Assembly: GCA_002633005.1 (NCBI GenBank)
Contig: NMRA01000037.1
Span: 543,425 to 591,505 of the forward strand
Origin: Phoronis australis
Taxonomy: Eukaryota; Animalia; Phoronida
Direction: 5' to 3'
DNA: 48,081 nucleotides
Below are positions 1 through 27,263 of this stretch, one piece after another. A program made the position numbers and the translations under genes. Position 1 is the stretch's first letter; each line of letters opens with the position of its first letter. The notes under the pieces were generated by a model. The model worked only from the letters and a program-made list of their open reading frames with translations, was not told the origin of the DNA and ran no database searches.

Positions 1-281
1 GAGTTATAATTAACACATACCATGAATCACTATGTGGAGACAATTAAGTCAACATAATTTGAAATTTGTCCTGATTCGCTCGAGCTTCCTTCACCGCTCA
101 GTCTTGCGCATGATATCAATTGAAATTCTGTGGCAGTTCCAAGGCTAATTCAACCCCAGCCAGCTAGCTGTACAAAGATGAAGATTAAAGTTTAACTAGG
201 AACTGTTGTGTTACCATTGTGACCATGTTCAACTTGTTAGTGGTCTGTTATCAAAGAACTGATATTACATTTTCAGGGACC

Positions 282-478
282 ATGTCTCGATACGGTGGTT
301 CCAAAGTCTATGTGGGCAATTTGTCTGGAGACGCATCAGAACATGAGTTAGACAGGATGTTTAGCAAGTACGGTAATGTGGAAAGCGTGTGGGTGGCGAG
401 AAACCCGTCTGGGTTCGCTTTCATCCAGTTTGACGATCCGTATGACGCGGAGGAAGCAGTGAGAAAACTTGACGGAGA
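282..478 (+). CDS. SRSF7: SRSF7-like coding exon 1 (RRM)
   Basis: tttcag|ggaccATG; [14 protein letters not shown]...RKLDG; donor GA|gtaagt at 479. Confidence 0.95.
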
Positions 479-3400
479 GTAAGTACTGGATAGCCTGCTG
501 TGTGTAATTGTCCCTCACCGACCATTAAGGAGACGCGGTATTTACATTTTACGTTGGTTCATCACATAATGTTAAGATATTTTTCATAATTTGTGTTTTA
601 TACTGAATTTGTCTGAAAGAAAATTTGTCTGCCCAAATTTTGTACAAGTTGATTTGGTGACCTTGATGTCGTTTTAGAGGTTATAGCCACAAAATGATAT
701 TGAATTTGGGAAAATGTTATTCGCATGATGTAGATGCCCTAGTTTTCTGTTTTCAAAAACAGAAATCATAGCAAATGTAAAATACTGTTTTTCCCCGTTT
801 GTAAATTCTTAAAATCTGACCATTTCAGAAATATCTATGAATTGCATTAAAATCTTTCCTGCTCAATTATGCCACTGCTCCGTTTTACTGATAACTTGCT
901 GCAGTCCGTGTTTATTGTTTTTTTAAAACTGGAAAGAGAACAGTGCCACCTTCAGAAAGAATGAGGAAATACTTGAACAAGTCCGCTGGAAAATGATCGT
1001 TGATGGATTTATGTGCAGTATATATTGGATTTGATTTATTATCTTCTTAATTTTTGGTAATTAAAAACAAAAGATTAGAATTATGGTTACTGTATCCACT
1101 ACTGAAATGTATGAATTCTGTTCCTAACCTCAGATTCCGTGAATGAAGTAGGATTCAGTGGAATCAGTTCATTTTCTGTTATCGTCGAAAACCAGTGTCT
1201 TTACCGATATCTCAAGAAGGGAGCATTAGGTTTTGTTGGTATTTCCAGCATTCTCAAGACTAAACATTAATTGTATTTAGGACATTATCGGCGTCTTTTT
1301 ATTTAATTGAATATTTACAAAACTGAGTTTCAACTCTGCAAAGCTATATTTGTTTCTGAAAGTAGAAAGCCTGTAGAATTTGAACTTTGAACTTTGAACT
1401 TTTACCAATCTTATCAGTGAGTCACAGTAGTTAAAAGGGAAGGAACATTGATAACAAATTAACTAACTGTATCAGTAACATTAGGTGTACGTGAATGTTC
1501 CGCAGTTTTCTAAATTATTTCATTTTTGTGTTATGCAATTTTTGAGATTTTTTATGAAAACCACAAAAGTCCTGTTTTTGATAGCCGTTCATGCAAAACT
1601 GGAATGTTTTAAAACGAGGACCTAACATTGTTTTGGAGAAGTGCATAAAGTATCTGAAAGTTCTCTGTGAAGCTGTTCAATCATTTCTCATAAACCATGT
1701 TGCGAAATTAGTCAAATTTTTCTTGTGTCCAACATCGCCTTGAAGCTGCATTTCGTCCTGTTCAGTTTGGTAAAAATGAAAATCAAATGGGGCATGATTA
1801 GGGGTTCATCCAGGATTTCAAAGATGAGCTGTCAAAAATGGGCTGTTAAACGTGGGCTGTCAAAAGTGGGCTGTCAGAAGTGGGCTATCAAATCGGTTTT
1901 CTCAAATTCGTAGGGTGTCCATGACCAATTACTCTTTACTGTGTTGTGACCCGTACTCAGTTTGCTGTTAGTTGTGTTGTGATACTGTGGATTTGTGGTT
2001 CTATAATAAAGTTTATTGTATCTTACATCATATCTTAAACTAACATTTTTATTCTGGACAGGCTATTGCTCCAAGAGCTACTGTTAGCACTGTGAAGTTA
2101 GGAGAGATGCTGATTCTTTTTATATGTGGACGCATTATGCCGTCATCTCCGTCCGTCCCGGCGGCGTCCGCTGCTCTATCTCCAAAACCCTTTGACATAC
2201 GTTCATGAAATTTGGCACATATGTTCCATTCATGAATGGGACGGCATGTGCGAACTTTCGGGCGGATCCGACTACCGGTGTGCCCCCTAGTGGCAATTTT
2301 AGTTTTTTACGCTTTGTATCTTCAAAAGTCCTGAACGGATTTTCATGAAATTTGGTATGCAGGCACCTAGTAGTGAGATGACGCTATCCGGCCGTTTTCG
2401 GATGGATTCGACATAGTTTGCGCCACCTAGTGGCCATTTTTAGTGTTTTCGAGTCTGTTTTTGTGCTTCCACCCCTGTATCAACCAAACCGCTCAAAGGA
2501 TGATTGTGAAAATTGGCATGTATGTGCTTACTATGTAGAGGACGGTTGACGATGATTTTCCGACGATTTCGACTACTGTGGCGCCTCCTAGTGGCAGTTT
2601 TGTTTTTTTTTTACGCCTATGGCTGTATCTCCTAAACCGTTCGCAGGAACTTTACGAAATTGTGTAAGTATATTTATATGATGTTAACAACGGAAGATGA
2701 CGACTTTTGGACGGATCCGACTACCGGTGTGCCCCCTAGTGGCAATTTTAATTTTTTTACGCTTACCTTTGTATCTTCAAAAGTCCTGAACGGATTTTCA
2801 TGAAATTTGGTATGTAGGCACCTATTAGTGAGATGACGCTATCCTACTGTTTTCAGATGGATTTGACGTAGTTTGCGCCACCTAGTGGCCATTTTTACTG
2901 TTTTCGAGTCTGTATTTTTGCGTCCACCCCTCTATCAACCAAACCGCTCAAAGGATGATTGTGAAAATTGGCGTGTATGTGCTTACTATAAGGAAGACAG
3001 CTGACAATGATTTTCAGACGATTTGGACTACTGTGGCGCCTCCTAGTGGCAGTTTTGTTTTTTTGCGCCCATGGCTGTATCTCCCAAACCGTTTGCAGGA
3101 TCTTTACTAAATTTAGCAAGTGTATTTATGTGATGTTGACAACGGACGATGACGACTTTAGGATGATTCTGATTACCGGTATGCCTCTAGTGGCAATTTT
3201 AGTATTTGCCTCTAGTGGCAATTTTAGTATTTTACATTGACCTCTGTATTTTCATAGGTCTTCAGGTGTATACTTTGTGTTACTTCGTGACTGTGAAGGA
3301 AAAGTTCCAAGTAGAAATTTGTTTCTGGCATTCTAATGCTGTGCTAATCTCGTATGTTGGTAAATTTGTTTTTAATTCTATGTTTCTGTGGTGCTTTAAG

Positions 3401-6400
3401 CAACTGGTGTATAGGATGTGCTTGTATTATGAAGATTACTCACATTTTGCCCCTAGCCTATTGAGGAGACAATGACCATGCCTTTCCATTTTGCAAAGTA
3501 TGCCCTCTACTGGCCACTTTATGGTACCAATAAACAACCCTAGAAGGATACCGTATGCGGTGCAATTGTGGGCGCATTTCAACGCTCCGCGTTGCTCTTG
3601 TTTATGTTTTCGAGTATCTCCTAAACCGTTCGCAGGATCTTTACGAAATTTAATAAGTGTATTTATATGATGTTAACAACAGACGATGACGACTTTTGGA
3701 CGGATCCGCCTACCAGTGTGCTCCCTAGTGGCAATTTTATTTTTTTCTTCACAAGTCCTTAACGGATTTTCATGAAATTTGGTATGTAGGCACCTATTAG
3801 TGCGATGACGCTATCCTCCCGTTTTCGTATGGATTCGACCTAGTTTGCGACACCCAGTGGCCATTTTTACTGTTTTTTGGCGTCCACCCCACTATCAACC
3901 AAACATTTTGCCCCTAGCCTATTGAGGAGACAATGACCATGCCTTTCCATTTTGCAAAGTACAACATACTACATATATGCCCTCTACTGGCCACTTTATG
4001 GTACCAATAAACAACCCTAGAAGGATACCGTATACGGTGCAATTGTGGGTGCATTTCAACGCTCTGCGTTGCTCTTGTTTTCTTTGGGGCCCAAATGCTT
4101 AACGGTGTGTCCTACCGTATATAGGATTTCTCTAGATGAAGCTCCGTGCTTGTGAAATCAGTATGATTCCTTACCGTGATTCTATTTCCGTTACCACTGA
4201 GGTAATCAGTCACTAAGCTCATTGGAGGTATTTACATGTAGCCTGTGGCCTGAGTTGATAACGGATATCAAATTAGTTTTTTGTAACGGTAGGCTGGTTT
4301 ATAGCTGTTTAAAGTGCACAGCAATGATGAACCTTCAATATATGGTTTATGTTTTGTGAACAGAGAGATGTTGAGATTCAGTATTTATTGAGTTTTTCAG
4401 CTTTTTTCATTTTCCTGGCATAATAGTGATGACACTCAACTGTCTTAACGATTGACTTATTTTGTTACTTTGCCTTATCCATGGTTTTCAATTCGAGGTT
4501 GCTGTGATTTACATCGTTTTGAACCTTGAATCCTTGTCAAACTTAAACCTACGTTTTTTTGTTGTAGATACTGCTGTGGTGATCGTATTCGGGTTGAGAT
4601 CTCCACCATGAAAGGGCGGTCGAGTCGTGGGCGTGGTGTGCCATCTCGCAGGAGAGCCTTTTCCCCGTCCGACAAATGTTTTAATTGCGGACGCAGTGGT
4701 CACTACGCCTATGACTGCAAGAATCGGGGCTCGCGAAGAAGGTATGGTTGATTACTATGCGATTGCGACAGTAATACCATATGATTTAACATTTTAAATA
4801 GTGCTCGACATAGCTGAAAATGACCTCTCGAAGTTACGAGTGTCTGTCCAATTTGGGCTCGTAAAACTGGCAACCAAAAAGAAACTTTTAATGTCCACGC
4901 GGCGCTCATACGACTAATGCGAGTGAGTTCAATTTTCTACTCTTATTTCACTTTTTCCACTAGTATCTTCGTGCGTTTACTTGTCGAGCCCTGTTAAATA
5001 TAAGTCCTTTAGGCGCATTCATTTCATTGACTATAACACACTGTGGTATGAGTTCAACCTCCTGCAAGTGGCAATTTTCATTTTCACTTTTACTTTAATA
5101 AACAGGTCTTACGTACTTACTAAAAATCAGTTTTCTTTGAAATTCTAACGTTAGTAGGGGGTGAATCTTTAAAACCATTATTTACTCATCTTATTGTACC
5201 TGATTACAGCGTCTTTCTGCTAGAGATCAGCCCCCTGAACCGTCATCTAGAAATGTCATGTGATCAGCCAACTCACTATCTGAGCATCTAAGAAAAGTTG
5301 ATCGTCCTCCCGCGAGCTCAGATCATGAGAGTCGACTCGAGTTTCAGCCTTTGTCACTCCCATTTGACCGTCTAACGAAAAGAGTGGCCGTCCAAATCGG
5401 AGGCAACAATTCCTAGTGCATTAGACCTAACACCTGAGCACGTCGACTGCACAGTCAGAATGTCTATACCGTTATTGGGCCTAGACAACTCCAGAAAATC
5501 CTTTTGGTACGCTTGTCTCGGCTTCACCTCTGAGACATTGTGTCCCACCTTTGACATCAACCGTCACCACTAAGACAACTTATAAACATCCGTTGATTTC
5601 GTCTCTACCATCACTGACTTGCAACGAGTTGACAACAATGTTTGTAAGTTATACTGGCGTTGTGTTATTGCCATCTGGAACTCTCAGTGTTTTCCGTTCC
5701 TGAATTCAAGGAATGCGTGTTGTATTCAGGAGATGATGCCGGGTTGAGGTTTGGGTTATTTTCAGGGCCATAACCAAAATAATGGTACACGCTGAAAGTA
5801 TTCAGACAAAATGACCCGAAATTTCTTTTGTCACGATGGCGTGGCGGAAGCCAAATTCATTGTCAGAAAAGCTTTCCGTCAAAATCGAAATTGAAAAGAG
5901 AGTTAACAGGAAAGTTAGACAGGTGGCCATTCTGTAATTAGAATTTTGACATTTTAATAGTCATTAACTGTCTATTTTGCTGTAATCATTATCAACGGTA
6001 ATGACAAGGAAATGGTATTTTGTCCGATTACTTTTATCCTCTCATGTATGCTTTTGGAAAGCAAGGTACAATGAAAGTGGAATGTATCGAAATTTATTTC
6101 ATTTTTCTAAATGCTCTTAAATAAATGGACTCCATCTGTTGGCTCGGTGGCGCCCAAGGTGTTTATTTTATGTTAATATTGAGCACAGCTGTCCTTGGCA
6201 CTCTTTAAATTTGCCATGTCATATCCGCCAAAATAATATTGTAATGCCCCAACTGTCCAACTGTTCTCTTGGTAGTAAGCTGGTAAGCTTCAGATGGATT
6301 TTCCTTTGTGCATGCACTGCTTGTTAATGACCGTGGCATGCCTAGACGGTCAGCGAAACTGTTGGTAGCACCCAGCGTTGTTTCATTTTCTCTATCGATG

Positions 6401-8908
6401 TTGTGTGAGATACCGACATTTAAAATAACTGGGGTCATTATATAAGATTCAAGTTTATCCATAATGTTGTCATGTGTTGCATTGCAGTTTGGTAAAATTT
6501 GGATGTTTTGGCAAGCGCATAAGGTGTTTTTTTGCGATACCTTTTTCATTGAGAGTGACCACCAATTATTTTAAAAGTTGGTTAAGTAATTTGCAGTCAC
6601 TGAAAGCTCCCAAGAATTTGCACTGTCATGTGGCCAGTCTCACTCTACCATTATATTTGAGTAAAACAGGATGTTTTTCTGTCACGATCCACTTCAAAGC
6701 ACATCCTGTTTATTGGTTTCCAGTGTGTTCGATATTATGCCATTTGATTTATAGGTCGCGGTCACGGTCTCCCCGCCGTAGGAGGAGTTCAAGTCGTAGG
6801 AGAAGTTACAGTCGCAGTCCTCGCAGGTGAGAATAGATGAGATGAGGTATTTTTGAAAAGAGCTAGATACCATCCCCTAAGGAAAGCATGCCCCAGATCA
6901 TTTGCCTCTCCACCCTCTTGCGTAGCAGAACCCTCGCATATATATACATACTCTTGTACATACCAGCTGCCGATGTCTACAATCGTATGACCTTTCAGAC
7001 AGACCTAGACTTGATGGTCTACATTATTTCACAATTCCGTCACAACTACATGGGTTATTGTAGAAGTCGAATTTGCTTTGGAGAAATTATTCCATGACAA
7101 TGGACTTCCCATCAATCTATGTTAAAATCAACAGCGGGTGCAATGTTTCAGGGGTGTTGTGGCCCTTACTTGTTTCTTTGGTTGAATCACAGTGCCTTCA
7201 TGCAGAAAATTTAACATAACACTGGGTGTATAATCCACGTAAGGCAAAATATCAATTTCTTTTAGTTTGATCAATCATTGTGCATTTTAAGCCCAGAAAT
7301 CTGTTGATGATTCAAAAATGGTAATGATATTCAAGAGATTTGACGGTCGTGTAGAGTTACAGTTCTTAACAACACAGTGCATCACATTTTGCTAGAATTG
7401 ATGTCCTTTAACCGTTGGTGGTAACACTTTGTATCACCGTCAGATGAGTTTACGGGTACATCACGGGTCTGAGGCAGCCACCAAAGGGATACTTTGGGAC
7501 CAAATCTGAGCAAGTGTCACAAAAAAGCTGCAGATGCCAACAATGAGATTGGTTGTGTTGAGAGGATGGCGGGTTTCCCCAGCAAATGTTTCATCTCATG
7601 ATTTTCTTTTATTCGTGTCTAGGTCAGGCAGATCAAAGTCTCGCTCACATTCGAGGTCTAGAAGGTAAGTTCTGATTTTCTGTGTCTTGGCAGGGCTTGG
7701 AATTTTCCGCGGAAACGCGGATTTCCGCTTTTTTCAAATGTTCTGTCCGCGTATTTCATTATATTTCCGCGTAAAAAAAATCGGATTTGATATAAAATTT
7801 CCGCGGCAAATTCCTTTCTTACCGCGGCGTTGCAAACGACGTTCACCTCGAAAAGTGGAAGTTGCTCTCTATGTTTCGGAGGAACGTAAATTGTCAACAT
7901 TGCCGGGGCATCTGGGATAGCGTGGTGGGATTTTCAATGGCGTCTCGTGTTATTGTAAACCGCGGCGACAAATACTACGGCTCTGCAGCCAAAATGTGTG
8001 GGTTGGGAGTTTACGGACGAGCTAAAAGGACGCAGACGCATGCTACTGATGGTGGTAACGTTTTTTTTTTATTTTATTCCCCCCGATTTTTGTCGGGGAA
8101 AGGTTCGCATCGACGATTTCAAGCTGGATAGCGCGCATCGTTTGGGCCGTAAAAGTTTAACGCGTTTTTTGTCATTGGTCATTCCAAGCCCTGCTTGGGC
8201 AGGTAACCCTGACAACAGGCATGACTTTGCACAGTGTTGTTGGAGTGATGGTAAAAACTGGGAAGAGAATTAAAGCTCTTGTGTGTGTATTGTGTTAATT
8301 GTAAAAAAGGTTCTTTTTGGGATACATTGTGTTTTCCTAAATTTTAGATTTCAATGGGGTTAATTTGAAATAGGAGATATGTAGAAAGTGGCAAATTTAT
8401 AGAAGTGTTACACGAAAGTTAAGAAGGGATGTAGTGTCATTGGTAGCCAGCATTCTTGCCTTTGAACTTAGTAACAAAATGAATAGTTCAGGCATTTAAG
8501 AACGATAAAAAAGATCAATAGTCACAAACCTTACATTTTTGTGAACCATGATATTCCATGTTAGCACAACTTTGGAGACTGTCCCAAAGTGCATTCTGTT
8601 CACTGTATACTTGTATGAGGCTGTGTATTGATTGTTCCAGGCCGCATGCTCGTAGTGGTTCCCGCGACAGGCGTCACTCCAAATCACCTGCTCGCAACCA
8701 CTCCAAGAGTCAGTCACGCGACAAAAGTCGGTCGCGCTCCAAGAGTCGGTCACGCTCCAAGAGTCGCTCGCGCTCCAAGAATCGGTCGCACTCCAAAGGT
8801 CGCTCCGGCTCCAGGAGTCGCTCTCGCTCAAAGTCAAAGGCTCGAAGTGCCAGTCCCGCTGAAGAGAGAAATAATGAAGACCAGGACAATATTGGTGATG
8901 ACAAGTAG
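282..8908 (+). CDS. SRSF7: Serine/arginine-rich splicing factor 7-like (9G8/x16 type), join(282..478,4568..4741,6755..6826,7623..7664,8641..8908), 250 aa
   Basis: RRM (KVYVGNL...[17 protein letters not shown]...AVRKLDG...RIRVEIST), zinc knuckle [14 protein letters not shown] and RS domain. All four introns are GT-AG phase 2; spliced length 753 nt. The zinc knuckle favours SRSF7 over SRSF3. An acceptor at 275-276 implies a non-coding first exon upstream. Confidence 0.92.
1825..1892. repeat. 14-bp minisatellite (TGGGCTGTCAAAAG, about 5 imperfect copies)
   Basis: tgagctgtcaaaaa-tgggctgttaaacg-tgggctgtcaaaag-tgggctgtcagaag-tgggctatcaaa. Confidence 0.85.
2117..4081 (+). mobile_element. Non-autonomous Helentron/HINE (DINE-1/pearl-like) element with internal tandem array and duplicated 3' end
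   Basis: T-run start, GTGGACGCATT (2126) recurring near the ends as GTGGGCGCATT/GTGGGTGCATT, a GTCC microsatellite near 2150, ~140-160 bp subunits forming a ~450 bp higher-order repeat, and a 3' hairpin CAACGC-n3-GCGTTG followed by CTCTTGTTT at ~3603 and again at ~4080. The repeat is certain; the family assignment is by architecture only. Confidence 0.7.
4568..4741 (+). CDS. SRSF7: SRSF7-like coding exon 2 (RRM end + CCHC zinc knuckle)
   Basis: ttgttgtag|A; (E)[57 protein letters not shown]; donor AG|gtatgg. Confidence 0.93.
5210..5643 (+). other. Candidate stop-containing (poison) cassette exon of the SRSF7-like gene
   Basis: Acceptor cctgattacag|C at 5208-5209, donor TTT|gtaagt at 5644, in-frame TAA at 5289-5291; rich in GATC/GAC/CATC words; same intron position as vertebrate SRSF3/SRSF7 poison exons. 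Confidence 0.6.
6755..6826 (+). CDS. SRSF7: SRSF7-like coding exon 3 (RS domain)
   Basis: tttatag|G; [25 protein letters not shown]; donor AG|gtgaga. Confidence 0.9.
7623..7664 (+). CDS. SRSF7: SRSF7-like coding exon 4 (42-nt RS exon)
   Basis: gtgtctag|G; [14 protein letters not shown]; donor AG|gtaagt; symmetric phase 2-2. Confidence 0.88.
7691..8193. mobile_element. MITE with 13-bp TIRs and 5-bp TSD (hAT-like ends)
   Basis: CAGGGCTTGGAAT ... ATTCCAAGCCCTG perfect TIRs; CTTGG on both flanks (7686-7690, 8194-8198); CpG-rich interior with repeated CCGCG words. Confidence 0.85.
8641..8908 (+). CDS. SRSF7: SRSF7-like last coding exon (SRSRSK repeats + acidic tail)
   Basis: ttgttccag|G; [16 protein letters not shown]...[12 protein letters not shown]...[18 protein letters not shown]. 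Confidence 0.9.
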
Positions 8909-9604
8909 CTTAGGGTGAACCTGTTCTGGGTACCCACTGTTGGAACTGTTGTATGTTTGGCATACGGTTGAACGCAGTGGGAGATTAGTTTGCAGACAAT
9001 GGGAGCCTTTGAAGTAGCATTGTGGTGACAGATCACGTGGAACAGATACTAGTGACCTCTGGAGGATGAGGAGGCAATTACGCATTTATTAAATTTTGTC
9101 AGGTCTAATCGCATACTCTGTAAAATGGCTTTTTCATGAAGCCAATCATGTTTCCCTGCGCCCCTCCCCCCTGCTTTCTGAAAGTTTCCATCGTGATCAG
9201 TTCCCTTGTGGTTAAGTTTTGCATATGATTGAAAAGATACTTTTGCTTGTGTCCTTGCTGCAGGCTGCTGCATTGCTAGAGTGAAGCAGACTAGTGGCAA
9301 TGTTAATAATTGTCTGAAAGAATCGTATTGTATAAGGTCGTTCTTTTCTCTTGGCTATGTCTGGAAGTGCTGAGTAGAAGCTAAGTTGCTGCATTTCACA
9401 GGCTAGGTATAAGTTGCATTGACAAGTTTGGAAACTTTGTATTTTTAGCAAAATATGTTCCTGTTTCTGATAATGCAGCATAGTTTTGTCATTATAAGGT
9501 GTGAAAAGTAACAGTTGGTATTATTTTGGTAAACCTCCCTCTTGAATTTTGTCCTTTTGGGAGTTTGACGGTTTCAGCACACACTGTTGCCAGTTTATTT
9601 CCGC

Positions 9605-9610
9605 AATAAA
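9605..9610 (+). terminator. Probable polyadenylation signal of the SRSF7-like gene
   Basis: AATAAA about 700 nt after the stop, followed by a GT/T-rich stretch. Confidence 0.5.
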
Positions 9611-10806
9611 TAAGTTGTTTCTGTGTGTAAACATTCTTGGTAGAATTTCAATCTTCCAGATCTGCTAAGTTTCTCTGTTCATGTATGTAAACAAATGGAT
9701 ACTAATTCTACAGAGCACAGTTAGTGAAATGACTGTGAGGTGAACAGGTTTTTTATTGGTCAGATGTGCAAGTAATTTTTTCTTATAAAGAACCGTTTTT
9801 TTCTGTGTAAAGCAATTATTACATGCTTTTGTCATCACTGGTTCTGTTAGGATGCTGTTGGCACAGGTCTGTAATCTCTTGTTTTCTATGTGTGACAGAT
9901 TGCATAAGGGTAATACCTAGCTGTACTATCTCCCTGTGTAATCAAAGACTTTATAATCCTTTTGATACGTCTGTGTTTCCAGTTAAGATTATCTTTGCTT
10001 TGTTTAACTGAATTCCTTTGTCTAACATGTTTAATGTGTGAAATATACTTGCATTTTTATAGGAAATACTGTCAGAGTTTTCTTGGTCCCTCCTGTTGAA
10101 TTTTGTCTGTTAGGAAAAGGAACAGTTATTATTTGACACCCTACCAAAGCGGCGCCGAGAGCGTTGAAAGTTTTCAAGAGCGGCATCTTTGAAGCCCATT
10201 GTTTTCGTTCACCATTTGGGGTGACGCCAATTTTTTTTTTAAGAAGACTCATCAGTATTCTTTGTTAGGATTCAGGTTGACCAAATTAGCACTGGTGAAA
10301 ATCAAAAGTATTATAAATTTATGATGACGTAACTCACCAGTCGTAGTTTCACGTAAGAGATGACTTCAGAAAACTCGAAAAAGTACAGCTAAACCCGCGT
10401 AATAGGTATGGATAAACTGGATAAAAGGATTAAACATGTATCGGGCGAAATGCGACTTATTTAGAGAGCTGAATGCATCAACTAAAGGAAGTGGGCCGCG
10501 TAACTTAGTCCGAGTAAGACAGAAACCGACTTCTTCGTGTCCGATTTATGCGGGCTTTCCCACTGACAGAAACGTGATTTAACACATTCAATATTCAACC
10601 GAATAATTGCCACGTTTATCATAAAGGTGAGAGGACGCGTGTTCGTACTGGCTTATCGTCTCCGTTTGTCTTGTTATCGATGTATTATTAATCCATTGTG
10701 TTATATCTGTCATAAGAATTCTGTCATGTGATTGGAGATACGAGGTGCTTGATAATTGCTGCTTATAAATGTGAAGGAATCTGTGACGCGCCTCATCTCG
10801 TGGAAA

Positions 10807-26674
<15,868 letters not shown>

Positions 26675-26883
26675 TTAGACGCACAAGCAAACAGCGAGTT
26701 GTTGCGAACCCTCACGTGACATTTCACGAGCAACTGGAATGGGAGAATTTCAATTTACAATTTGATCAGACACTTCTTTCCGAAATGCTGGAATACCACT
26801 CAGCGCGTGTTCCCAATGTATATTTACCTATGGTGTTCACATCTATTAATTGCCCGATGTGGTCTACAAACTTCAGTTAGTCG

Positions 26884-26889
26884 AATAAA
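26884..26889 (+). terminator. Probable polyadenylation signal of the GAA-like gene
   Basis: AATAAA about 210 nt after the stop codon. Confidence 0.5.
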
Positions 26890-27263
26890 ACACCTATAGG
26901 CCTACGCCCAGTGTAGCCATAGCTATTTTAAATGCTTGAGATTGCTGAAGAAAACAATTGACCTCTCCAAGAGGTATACGCCTTGAATTTCAAACTAGAT
27001 AAGACAAACCATCGATGACCGGTTCGATAGCAGTAATATCCAACAGATGTGTGTTAATAGCTGTGTAGAACCAAATAGGCAGCTTGATATTATTTTAAGC
27101 GACTTATTCTTATTAAATGAGACAAGAAATTCAATTTTGGGCCTTACAAGTGGTACCCTCAAAGCGACAGCAGAGCGTGGCCTCGTGCGAACATTAATAT
27201 AGAGGGTCCACTTTTTGACCCGAAATTGATTTTTTGCGCATTTCTTTTCAACAAGAACAAGTC

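Noticed and set aside
2895-3475. ORFs within the intron 1 tandem array
   Set aside because: Lie in the repeat element, no recognisable domain, not preserved between repeat copies.
2140-4081. CRISPR-like appearance of a regularly spaced conserved motif
   Set aside because: Eukaryotic intron, the intervening sequences are homologous to each other and ~130 bp long, and there are no cas genes.
4324-4510. Box C-like RTGATGA motifs suggesting an intronic C/D snoRNA
   Set aside because: No properly placed CTGA box D or terminal stem.
5630-6790. Split-ORF: an internal AUG in the poison exon re-initiating an RS-domain-only protein, as described for mammalian SRSF7
   Set aside because: In the RS frame a TGA (5630-5632) lies just before the exon end with no ATG after it; the ATG at 5638 is out of frame and stops early in the next exon.
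8496-9085. Antisense and alternative-frame ORFs over the RS exon (ERERLL / SDSWS repeats)
   Set aside because: Shadows of the repetitive RS coding sequence.
10756-10806. Longer N-terminus of GAA suggested by the ORF track
   Set aside because: Begins at a non-ATG codon; the ATG at 10807 directly precedes the signal peptide.
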